Origin: Trueperaceae bacterium
GTDB taxonomy: Bacteria > Deinococcota > Deinococci > Deinococcales > Trueperaceae
Length of the DNA: 64,000 nt
Assembly: GCA_965213925.1 (NCBI GenBank)
Contig: OZ243927.1
Location: forward strand, 3,616,001 to 3,680,000
Direction: 5' to 3'
In this document: piece after piece, positions 36,582-45,220 of the stretch
Layout: the number at the start of each line of letters is the position of its first letter
Position numbering within the stretch: the stretch's first letter is position 1
Translations under genes and position numbers: made by a program
The notes under the pieces: generated by a model
What the model saw: the letters and a program-made list of their open reading frames with translations, nothing else
Told to the model about the DNA's origin: nothing
The model's database searches: none

Positions 36582-39326
36582 TTACTGCACGGTCACTTCG
36601 AAGGTGAGGGTGACTTCCGCGTTGGCGGGGAAGGTGTCGTCGTCATCGTTCACGACGCCGTCGCCGTCCGTATCCACGTAGACGTAGATGCTCTCGCCTG
36701 CCTCGAGGCTGAGGGGGTCGCCTGTAGTGCCGTCGCCATTTTCGTCGTCTAGGTCGTCGGTGTAGGTCACGCCGTCCACGGAGTAGAGCAGCGTAGGCGC
36801 GGACGCGAAGCCGCTCGCGCTGGCGCTCACCGAGACGAAGTCTGTAAAGGCGGGCAAGGGGTCGGAGATGACGACCTCGGTGAGGTCGGCGTTGCCCAGG
36901 TTCTTAGCGACAACGGTGTAGGTGATGGTTTCGCCGGGCGCAGCCGTGGCTTTGTTCACCGATTTGTCGAGGCTCAGGTCGCCGCTGACTACGGTGGTGC
37001 GGTCGATGACAGAAGCCTGGGCGGTGTCCGTGTCGCCGGTGACAGAATCCGGGAAGGTCGCGGTTGCGGTGAGCGTTAAGACGTTGACGTCATCAGGGTT
37101 GTAACCCTGGGGCGCACTCACCCGGACGAAGAGGGACTGCGTGTCGCCGGGCTCGAGCGTCGCAGGCAGCGTGAGGCTCGAGTCGTTGAGCCCATAGAAG
37201 GTGGTGCCGTCATACGAATAGCTGTAGTCGAAGTCCACGCCGCTCTCGCTCTCCGTAAGGCTGATCGCGGTGAGGTCCCGGTTACCCGTGTTGGTGATCG
37301 TGTGCTCGTAAGTCACCGTGCCGGGCGAGGTGATGTCGCTGTCGCGGTCCGGCGAGAAGGTGAAGGTGTTAGCCTCGTTCACCGTGACGGTGTTGAGGTT
37401 GAAGGTCACGGGCGCGATATCGGGCGAGTCGATAGTCTGGTTGACGGTCGCCGTCTGCGGCGTCGCGCCGCTCGGCACGCTCACAACTGCGAAGACGGTG
37501 ATCTCTTCGTCCGGGTCGACCGAGCCGGTGTTCGTGATCGGGGTGAGCGCGTCCAGCTCAGCCTGGGTCACGGTGCCGTCGCCGTCTGCGTCTGGGTCGG
37601 TCGCGTAGTAGACCACGCTGACGGTCGTGGGTCCGAAGGTGACCGAGCCGTCCAGGGTGAACGTATCGCTGTTGCCGCCCGTATTCACCACGTCCATCGG
37701 GAAGACGACGATGTCGCTGGAGTCAGCGTCTTCGTTGACGCTGTTCGCATTGTCCACTCGCCCGTCGGTATCGTCAGCGACGATATCGTTACCGGCATCG
37801 TCGGCGTCTGCGTCGTTACCGAACGCCACGCCCGCGCCCACGATGTCGTTAATGGTGTTCGTAGTCGGGTCTGACGTGGAGCTGTCCGTGACTGAGGTCG
37901 CAGTGACGACGACGCTATGAACCACGTCACCGGTGTCGCCGCCATCATTATCGGTTGGCGTGTCGCCAGGAATCCGCACGCGGACGATGAAGTCGAAGGT
38001 TTCGCCTGCGCCTAGCGGTCCGGTATCCGGCACGCCGTCGCCGCCGGTCGGCAGCGCCGCGCCACTTGTCGAAAGGAGCTGGACGGTCGCGTCACTCGGT
38101 AGGTTGAGGTCGTCCGTATTCACTGTGAGGTTGAAGGTGTCGGTGTCGGTGCCTGTGTTCTGGACGGTATTGGTGAAGTCTACGGTGCTACCAGCGTTAG
38201 CGCTCGCGACAGTCTGAACGTCGCTGGGATCGCCATCAGGGTCGCCGTCTGGACCGAGTGCGACGCCGATGGAGGCTTGTACGTTGGTCGTAGCGGTGTT
38301 CGTCGTGATCGTTCTCGTCGTCCCAGCGTTGTTCGTGTAGGTGACGTCCGCGTCGTTATTGATGGAACCTGGCGTAGTCTTCGTGACGGTCACGGGGATG
38401 GTGAGGGTCACGCTCTGGCGGGCGGCGACGGTAGCGAAGGTCGCGGTGATTTCGGGTGTGGCTCCGGAGGTGTCTACGCTGACACTACCGCTCGTAGGGG
38501 AGGTAGTGGCGGGGTTGCTGGTGTCGTAGGAGACGCCACTAGGCAGCGTATCGCTAATCACAATGTTCGTCGCGTCGGCTGACCCCGTGTTCTCCACGGT
38601 GATGGTGTAGGTGAGTGAGCGCGCGCCGCTGGCGGGAACGGACGTCTGACTGACCGACTTGTTCGGGACGATCGCCGCGTCTTCTACGACGTTCGTCCGG
38701 TGGTAGTTGTTGTTGTCGACTTTGGTTGCATCGCCCTGGCTCGTGGCGACCGGGGTGGCGATGACGACGTCGTCGCTCGAGTCGGTCGTGTCGACGCCTG
38801 CCGGGACGTCATAAGCCATGATGAGCTTGCGCGTGTTGGCACCGTCCGTCGTCGTGGCGGGCAGCGTGACCTCGGTCACGGCGGTGTTTTCGCCGGACTG
38901 CAGCACACCGTCACCGTTGTCGTCGATGTAAAAGGTGATGTTGGCGGGCGTGACGTGGGTGGCGTCTGTTAGCGAGGTGTCTACGGTGCTCGTCAACTGG
39001 AAGGTGTCCGTGCCGTTCCCCGTGTTGGTGAGCGTGTAGGGGTAGTACACAGGGCTGCCGGGGATGGCGTCGCGGGTCTGACCGGGCGCGGCTACGTTGC
39101 CGTCAGGCGTCACGCTCACGCCGTAGACCTGCTGCACGGTGGTGATGACCAGGTCGGAGTTGACCGACTGCGGGTTGCCCGCCGAGTCGATATAGTCGGC
39201 GGTCGCCTGGTTCTCAATCTGGGTGCCTGCGGCGGTGCCGGCGGGGGTCTGTGTCTGCGCGAACGCTTGCGGCGCGAGGACCAGAGCCGCGAAGAGCAGC
39301 GCCAAGGCGGGGCGTATAGGTATCAT
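36582..39326 (-). CDS. Secreted acidic multi-Ig/DUF11 protein (putative major fibre subunit)
   Basis: Signal peptide AFA|Q, repeated TxTNTGNxxDTFxL domains, DxDGDG loops, N-terminal donor segment and truncated C-terminal DUF11. GGAGG RBS. Confidence 0.85.
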   Translation of the reverse strand: MIPIRPALALLFAALVLAPQAFAQTQTPAGTAAGTQIENQATADYIDSAGNPQSVNSDLVITTVQQVYGVSVTPDGNVAAPGQTRDAIPGSPVYYPYTLTNTGNGTDTFQLTSTVDTSLTDATHVTPANITFYIDDNGDGVLQSGENTAVTEVTLPATTTDGANTRKLIMAYDVPAGVDTTDSSDDVVIATPVATSQGDATKVDNNNYHRTNVVEDAAIVPNKSVSQTSVPASGARSLTYTITVENTGSADATNIVISDTLPSGVSYDTSNPATTSPTSGSVSVDTSGATPEITATFATVAARQSVTLTIPVTVTKTTPGSINNDADVTYTNNAGTTRTITTNTATTNVQASIGVALGPDGDPDGDPSDVQTVASANAGSTVDFTNTVQNTGTDTDTFNLTVNTDDLNLPSDATVQLLSTSGAALPTGGDGVPDTGPLGAGETFDFIVRVRIPGDTPTDNDGGDTGDVVHSVVVTATSVTDSSTSDPTTNTINDIVGAGVAFGNDADADDAGNDIVADDTDGRVDNANSVNEDADSSDIVVFPMDVVNTGGNSDTFTLDGSVTFGPTTVSVVYYATDPDADGDGTVTQAELDALTPITNTGSVDPDEEITVFAVVSVPSGATPQTATVNQTIDSPDIAPVTFNLNTVTVNEANTFTFSPDRDSDITSPGTVTYEHTITNTGNRDLTAISLTESESGVDFDYSYSYDGTTFYGLNDSSLTLPATLEPGDTQSLFVRVSAPQGYNPDDVNVLTLTATATFPDSVTGDTDTAQASVIDRTTVVSGDLSLDKSVNKATAAPGETITYTVVAKNLGNADLTEVVISDPLPAFTDFVSVSASASGFASAPTLLYSVDGVTYTDDLDDENGDGTTGDPLSLEAGESIYVYVDTDGDGVVNDDDDTFPANAEVTLTFEVTVQ

Positions 39327-39367
39327 CTTTCCTCCATAAAATGTGGGATTAAATTGACGTCGCGGGC

Positions 39368-39895
39368 TTAGAGCACCCGCACGCGGTAGACGAACGTGCG
39401 CGCCTGACCCGGACCTAGTTCGCTGAGCAACTCCCAGCGCACCGCGTCGTACTGCGCGGGCTCGGCCGCCACCTCTTGCGCGTCGCCGTTTTCGTCCATA
39501 ACGGTGACGGTCGGCGCGGCGCTAAAGCTTTCACCTTCGTCGGCGCTAAAGGTGAGGTCGGACCCTCCTTCGCCCGTCGCCGACGCCGCGAGGTAGTGCG
39601 TGCGCTCGGGCACCGGACCCGTCGCCGCGACGCCTTCAGGGATCACCGTTTCGCTCTCGTTCTCGAGCGTGAGGTGATACTCCAGAACCTGACCCGGCTC
39701 GGCGACGTCGGTAGGGACGAGCTGTTCCTCGACTGTGCCGTCCTCTAATATCACCTCCGTCACAAGATAGCTCTCCAAGGTGACCGCCAACGGCGTTTGC
39801 GCCTGGGCGACGCCCATGGACATCCCTACGACGCCAAAAATAAGGGCGCAACAAAAGATGGGGCAGAAACCTAGAGCGGACCGGTAGTGTTGCAT
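39368..39895 (-). CDS. Small secreted single DUF11-like domain protein (putative chaperone-like subunit)
   Basis: Signal peptide AQA|Q, AEPGQVLEYHLTLEN...GPVP...VRWEL..LGPGQARTFVYRVRVL. GAGGAGG RBS. Confidence 0.8.
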   Translation of the reverse strand: MQHYRSALGFCPIFCCALIFGVVGMSMGVAQAQTPLAVTLESYLVTEVILEDGTVEEQLVPTDVAEPGQVLEYHLTLENESETVIPEGVAATGPVPERTHYLAASATGEGGSDLTFSADEGESFSAAPTVTVMDENGDAQEVAAEPAQYDAVRWELLSELGPGQARTFVYRVRVL

Positions 39896-39959
39896 GTAGC
39901 CTCCTCTTCATCAGGTGCACGTCAAATTTTGAGGGTATAGAAAACTCGTATAAAGTGCA

Positions 39960-39975
39960 CTGACAAGCAGCTTAC
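39960..39975 (-). promoter_or_regulatory. Direct-repeat box upstream of the DUF11 operon
   Basis: Minus strand GTAAG-ctgctt-GTCAG. Confidence 0.45.
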
Positions 39976-40336
39976 AAAGTACCGCTGTACCTCCTTGGTG
40001 GCATCTTCCACACGTCAAGTGCGCGCACACGCCGGATGTCTAAAACCTCACAAGAGGTAAAAAAATGTGAAAAATTAACGGTATCGAGGGTTACTCAGGG
40101 GGTTTTTTGGCAAAGGTAAGCGCTGAAGAGGCGATAAAACGAGGAAAAGTTTCAGGTGACTCTATGCCGAGAGGTCGTTCTTCCCACCTCTTCTGATGTA
40201 GTGCACCTGTACTTATACGGACACCTCACGCTAAAGAGGTTCGTCGCCAGCTTTCGCTACTCCGGCTCGGTGAGCGGCTAGCGTGACGCGAAGCGTTTGC
40301 ACAGCGTCAAACAGGGCGAGAAATACGGCGGACAGC

Positions 40337-40370
40337 AACAAAAAAGCGCCACGTTCCAGACGCGGCGCTT
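40337..40370 (-). terminator. Intrinsic terminator downstream of the SLH gene
   Basis: Minus strand AAGCGCCGCGT-ctgga-ACGTGGCGCTT-TTTTGTT. Confidence 0.7.
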
Positions 40371-40488
40371 ACAGAAGATGCTATGAACATAAGGCTGTTT
40401 CGGTTCAGTGCTTAGCGCAAAACCTTAGAGAGGCTCAACCTCGAGCAGAACCAACTTTACATGGCTACAACACAGCCTGATTCACTAG

Positions 40489-41568
40489 CTAAAAACGCAG
40501 GTTGACGCCCACCGTGAACGCGGCGTCCGCGCTGCTCACGGGCGCGAAGCCGTAGCTCGTGATGAGCTGCCCGAACAAACCGACGCGCGGCGTCACGAAG
40601 TATTCCGCGCCGAAGGGGACCTCGAGCAAGAGCGCGTCGCCGTCAGGCCTTAGCGTGTAGCCGACGCCTAAGCCGCCGTAGAGGTCGAGGTCGGCGGTGA
40701 GCGCGTCTAAACGCAGGAGCGTGTCCACGCTGAAACGCAACTCGTCGTCGCCGCCGTTAAAGGTGAGGCGGCTTGCGAAGCCGACGGGACCGATGAGGTT
40801 ATCGTAGCCAGCTTGCACGCTCAAGTGGACCTCGCCCGCCGTCGAGATGACGCCGGGCGCGACGCCGAGGTAGAAGGGGTAGAGAGGTCGCTGGCTGAGG
40901 CGCACGCGGCTCACGCCGCCATTATCTTGGCTGTTATTCTGAACAACCGGACCGCCCGGTGTGCCCTCTCGAGCTGCCTGCCGCGCCGCGCTCCAAGCTG
41001 AGCGCTCACCCTGCGAACCGTCCTCTAAGGTGGCGGGGAATTCCTCCGTACCGCGCTCCACGTTGAGAACCCTCTCGAGGGCGACTAAGCGCCCCTCGAG
41101 CCTGCGCACATAGTCGAGCGACGCCGCGTCGCTCAGCGCCGCTTCCAGGCTCTCCGTGCGCTCTAAGAGGCTAGTGCGTCCTAAAGAGACCTCGTCGCGG
41201 CGCATCCGCTCCTCGAAGCGTGCGCCTGGCACCGCGCCTAAAATCTGGTCGGTGTAGTCGATGAGCCGCGCCGCGACCAAGGCGAGTTCGTAGCGCGACG
41301 CGCTCTGCTCGCCCCGGTAGTCGCCCCCCGGATAGCCCGTCAAAACGCCCAGCCGGGCGAGCGCGTCGACCGCCGGGTAAGCCCAATGAGAGGCCTGTAC
41401 GTCATTAAACTCGTCCGGGGCGGGACCTAGTGCGCCCGCTGGGAGCGGCGCTTGCGCGCTCACGCCCGTCATCAAAAGCGCGGCGAGAATCGCAGCAGAG
41501 AATACGCCGAGACGCCCAACAATGTACCTTGACTTGCGCCCATTTTCACTGCACTCACCTGCTCGCAT
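40489..41568 (-). CDS. S-layer homology (SLH) domain protein with coiled coil and small C-terminal beta-barrel
   Basis: FNDVQASHWAYPAVDALARLGVLTGYPGG..ASRYELA, C-terminal strands ending VGVNLRF. GGAGG before ATG at 41568. Confidence 0.85.
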   Translation of the reverse strand: MRAGECSENGRKSRYIVGRLGVFSAAILAALLMTGVSAQAPLPAGALGPAPDEFNDVQASHWAYPAVDALARLGVLTGYPGGDYRGEQSASRYELALVAARLIDYTDQILGAVPGARFEERMRRDEVSLGRTSLLERTESLEAALSDAASLDYVRRLEGRLVALERVLNVERGTEEFPATLEDGSQGERSAWSAARQAAREGTPGGPVVQNNSQDNGGVSRVRLSQRPLYPFYLGVAPGVISTAGEVHLSVQAGYDNLIGPVGFASRLTFNGGDDELRFSVDTLLRLDALTADLDLYGGLGVGYTLRPDGDALLLEVPFGAEYFVTPRVGLFGQLITSYGFAPVSSADAAFTVGVNLRF

Positions 41569-41711
41569 TATGACCTCCACTTCAGAGTATGCCAGTTTAA
41601 CAGGGCGATGATGTGTTGCATGGTGAAGTGTAGATGAGGAACTCTTCATGGAGCGTTGGCGCGGGGAGATCAGGGCCGCCTCCGCATAGCGGTCTCCACA
41701 CAACAATAGTT

Positions 41712-41738
41712 GAGGGGAGGCTACTCGAGCCTCCCCTC
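41712..41738 (-). terminator. Hairpin terminator after the DUF2203 gene
   Basis: GAGGGGAGGCT-actcg-AGCCTCCCCTC. Confidence 0.65.
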
Positions 41739-41764
41739 CTCAATCCGCAATTTCACTGATAACG

Positions 41765-42166
41765 TTAAGCTGTAGCCGTCTGGCTCACACTTTCGCTCGG
41801 CAAGGGCTGCCGCGCCTTGACCTCTTGGTTGAGGCGGTGATAATGCGTCACCGCGTCCTTACCTTGCTCCCAGCACAAGTAGATGACTTCCGCGCCTAAG
41901 CGACTCGGAAAGTCCACGAGCCCGGTCTCGACATCTTGCAAATGAACGCCCATGCTGTCGAGTTCCAGCTTTTCCTGCTGCACCACGCCGAGCAAAAACT
42001 TGATCTCTTCGGCGGTCTGCTGCGCTTCTAAACTCAGACCGTTCATCGGCTGAAGCGCCTCGCGGAGCGCCAGAATATCCTTGATCGCCCCCTGCATCTC
42101 GCTCAATTTCTGGTCGACGACGGGGATGAGGTTGTTCGCTTCCTGAACTGTAAAAAGTTTGTACAT
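41765..42166 (-). CDS. DUF2203 family protein
   Basis: FTVQEANNLIP...GVHLQDVETGLVDFP...YLCWEQG...HYH. Confidence 0.85.
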   Translation of the reverse strand: MYKLFTVQEANNLIPVVDQKLSEMQGAIKDILALREALQPMNGLSLEAQQTAEEIKFLLGVVQQEKLELDSMGVHLQDVETGLVDFPSRLGAEVIYLCWEQGKDAVTHYHRLNQEVKARQPLPSESVSQTATA

Positions 42167-42301
42167 CGTCTACCGCCCTTTCGGTGACAGGGGTCATCTG
42201 GTCGCTAACACGCTCGGTCAAAGAGGTATGCCGTAAGTTTGCACGTTGCGAGATGACTCCTGTAGCGATCCTGATTAAGACGTCTTCAGAACCGCCTCAT
42301 T
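42167..42301 (-). ncRNA. Candidate structured 5' leader / small RNA
   Basis: TATAAT at 42308-42313, 13-bp helix 42187-42199/42251-42263 with inner helices. Confidence 0.4.
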
Positions 42302-42492
42302 GACATTATTATAAGGCGCTGGATACTAAAATTGTGTCATCAATTATACAAAATCTTAGTGAAGTATTATCAAGTCTGAAGAAAGCGTTAAGGCTAGATG
42401 TGAGGGGGTGTTGCGGCTCAGTTTGACGGCAGATGGGCGAGAAGTCTGTAGCCCTTTTCTCAGGGCACCTGTGCGGTGTTACACTCCTCTTT

Positions 42493-43803
42493 GTGTCTAC
42501 TCTTTCTGCGTCTACTCCCCTCGCCGAACGGTTGCGTCCGCACTCGCTGGACGAGGTTGCCGGCCAGTCTCACCTCGTCGCGCCGGGCAAGCCCTTGCGC
42601 GTCGCCTTAGAGGGGGGGCGGCTGCGCTCAGTTTTGCTGTGGGGACCGCCCGGCGTGGGCAAAACGACGCTGGCGCGGCTTATCGCGGAAGCGAGCGGCG
42701 CACACTTCGCGCAACTCTCCGCCGTGACTTCGGGCGTGAAAGAGGTGCGCGCGGTGGCGAAAGAGGCGCTTTCAAAGCGTGAAGCGGGCGAGCAAACCGT
42801 GCTCTTTTTAGACGAAGTTCACCGCTTCAACAAAGCGCAGCAGGATTTGCTCTTGCCGTTCGTCGAGGACGGCACCCTGACGCTCATCGGCGCGACGACG
42901 GAGAACCCCTCCTTTGAGGTGAACGGGGCGCTCCGCTCGAGGATGCAACTCTTCGTCCTCCAACCTCTCTCGGAAGAGGACTTAGCGGCGGTCATCCAGC
43001 GCGCGCTAGCGCACCTCGAAGGCTTCGCAAATGCGCTCACGGTAGACGAGGATGCCGTCGCACTGCTGACCTCTTGGGCGGACGGCGACGCGCGGCGGGC
43101 GCTTTCGGCGCTGGAGGTGGCGGAGGGCTACGCTGTCAATAATCACCTCAATGCGGAGCAGGTCAAACGAGCTCTAGGCGCGAAGGCGATCGCTTTTGAC
43201 AAAGGGGGCGAGCATTTCTACAACCTCATGAGCGCCCTGCACAAGTCGGTGCGCGGCTGCGACCCCGACGCCTCGCTCTACTGGCTGGCGCGGCTTTTAG
43301 GTGGCGGCGCGGACCTTATGTATGTCGCGCGCCGCCTGGTGCGTATGGCGAGTGAGGACATCGGTCTGGCAGACCCTAATGCCTTGCGTTTGGCGATCGC
43401 AGCAAGGGACGCCGCGCAGTTCTTGGGACAGCCCGAAGGCGAACTAGCGTTGGCGGAACTCGCCGTTTACCTGGCAGTTGCACCTAAGTCGAATGCGATT
43501 TACACCGCCTGGAAACGCGCCCGCAAGGAGGCGGAGCGCCACGCCTCGGTACCCGTGCCGCTCAACTTGCGCAACGCGCCTACTGCGATGATGAAAGGGC
43601 TCGGCTACGGCGAAGGCTACCGCTACTACTTCGACGACAAAGAGGCGAGCTTTTTACAGCCTTACTTGCCTGAAGAGGTGCGAGGGGGCCTCTACCACGC
43701 GGACGGGGAGGGCTGGGAGGTCAAGGTGAGAGAGAGGCTCGAGACCTTCAGAAGGTTAAAAGAGGGCGAAACGTTAAAAAAGGACAGAGCGGCTCGACGC
43801 TAA
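42493..43803 (+). CDS. rarA: Replication-associated recombination protein A (RarA/MgsA AAA+ ATPase)
   Basis: [58 protein letters not shown] at 42493 lies 7 nt after TACACT. Confidence 0.95.
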   Translation: MSTLSASTPLAERLRPHSLDEVAGQSHLVAPGKPLRVALEGGRLRSVLLWGPPGVGKTTLARLIAEASGAHFAQLSAVTSGVKEVRAVAKEALSKREAGEQTVLFLDEVHRFNKAQQDLLLPFVEDGTLTLIGATTENPSFEVNGALRSRMQLFVLQPLSEEDLAAVIQRALAHLEGFANALTVDEDAVALLTSWADGDARRALSALEVAEGYAVNNHLNAEQVKRALGAKAIAFDKGGEHFYNLMSALHKSVRGCDPDASLYWLARLLGGGADLMYVARRLVRMASEDIGLADPNALRLAIAARDAAQFLGQPEGELALAELAVYLAVAPKSNAIYTAWKRARKEAERHASVPVPLNLRNAPTAMMKGLGYGEGYRYYFDDKEASFLQPYLPEEVRGGLYHADGEGWEVKVRERLETFRRLKEGETLKKDRAARR

Positions 43804-43818
43804 AAGTGGACGTGAATT

Positions 43819-45009
43819 GTGGCTGAATCTGAACGTCAATCCGAACCGATAACCCTATCAGAAACTTCCCCCATCTTAGTCGTCAACGCGGGCAGCTCGT
43901 CGCTCAAGGTGAAGCTGTTGCCGCAAGACCACACCTTCTTAGTCGAGCGCATCGGCGGCGCGGCGTCGGCGAAAACGAGTTTAGAGGGTGAGGTCGATAC
44001 TGACAGCATCACGGACGCTGAAAGCGCGTTGAAAGCGTGCTTAGAGGTGCTTCGCCGAGAGGTTGATTTGGACACCATCACCGCCGTAGGACACCGCGTG
44101 GTCCACGGCGGCGAGCGTTATACTGAAACGACTCGTTTAACTAAAGAGGTCATCGCGGATTTGGAGACGCTCTCGCCCCTCGCTCCGCTCCACAACCCCG
44201 CAAATTTAGCAGGTATCCGCGCCGCTATATCACTCTTGCCGGGCGCGGTTCACGTCGCCGTCTTCGACACCGCCTTCCACAGTACGCTGCCGCCACACGC
44301 CTATCTCTACGGTCTGCCGCGCTCCGCGTACGAGAAGGGCGTGCGGCGCTACGGTTTCCACGGCACCTCGCACGACTTCGTGACGCGCCGCGCGGCTGAG
44401 GTGCTAAGCAAACCTCGAGACACGCTTAAGCTCATCTCGCTACACCTGGGCAACGGGGCGAGCGCCGCCGCTGTCAAGTATGGCGCGTCGGTAGACACGA
44501 CGATGGGCATGACGCCACTCGCAGGGCTGCTGATGGGCACCCGCTCGGGCGACGTGGACCCCGGCGCGCTCCTCTACCTCTTGGAGCAGGGCACCTCGGC
44601 GGAAGAACTGGATACGCTCCTCAATAAAAAGTCCGGGTTGTTAGGACTCTCGGGCGTCTCGAACGACATGCGTGATGTTCACGCGGCAATCGAAAAAGGA
44701 AACGCCGAGGCGAAAGAAGCGTTCGACGTCTTTTGCTACCGCATCCGTAAAACTGTCGGCGCGTACGCCGCCGCGATGGAGGGACTGGACGCGGTTGTCT
44801 TCACGGGCGGCATCGGTGAGAACGACGCGAAGGTGCGGGCACGTTCGGTGGCGGGCTTGGAATTTTTGGGGCTCGAGCTTGACCCACAAAGAAACGCGAG
44901 GAGCGAGGGGACGATTAGCACACCTAACAGCAGCGTCCACCTCCTCGTTGTTCCCACCGACGAAGAGCGCATGATCGCAGAAGCCACCCTGAGCGTCGCC
45001 TCGCCGTAA
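43819..45009 (+). CDS. ackA: Acetate kinase
   Basis: NAGSSSLK, GHRVVHGG, APLHNP, RRYGFHGTSH, HLGNGAS, FTGGIGEN. Confidence 0.96.
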   Translation: MAESERQSEPITLSETSPILVVNAGSSSLKVKLLPQDHTFLVERIGGAASAKTSLEGEVDTDSITDAESALKACLEVLRREVDLDTITAVGHRVVHGGERYTETTRLTKEVIADLETLSPLAPLHNPANLAGIRAAISLLPGAVHVAVFDTAFHSTLPPHAYLYGLPRSAYEKGVRRYGFHGTSHDFVTRRAAEVLSKPRDTLKLISLHLGNGASAAAVKYGASVDTTMGMTPLAGLLMGTRSGDVDPGALLYLLEQGTSAEELDTLLNKKSGLLGLSGVSNDMRDVHAAIEKGNAEAKEAFDVFCYRIRKTVGAYAAAMEGLDAVVFTGGIGENDAKVRARSVAGLEFLGLELDPQRNARSEGTISTPNSSVHLLVVPTDEERMIAEATLSVASP

Positions 45010-45163
45010 CTGCAACCTCAGCCGTAAACAGGTGTCGTTCCCTCAAACGCACAGCTTTACTAGAATGGACCTGAGGCGTACTATCAGCTATGTCACATTC
45101 AGCTATGGCGTCCGGTATCTTGGGGCGCACTCACGGCAGAACATCTCAACGGACACGCCCTTT

Positions 45164-45212
45164 CCTTTCCCACCTCTTACTTCTCACTTCCCACCTCTCG
45201 CTTCTCACTTCT
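45164..45212. repeat. Seven-copy heptamer tandem repeat (consensus CACYTCY)
   Basis: cctttcc cacctct tacttct cacttcc cacctct cgcttct cacttct. Confidence 0.75.
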
Positions 45213-45220
45213 TCCCGCTC

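Noticed and set aside
39950..40060. Possible c-di-GMP-II riboswitch upstream of the DUF11 operon (GCACTTGAC ... AGTGCA on the minus strand)
   Set aside because: The spacing between the putative pseudoknot halves is much longer than in the known motif, and the GGAA / kink-turn elements are not evident
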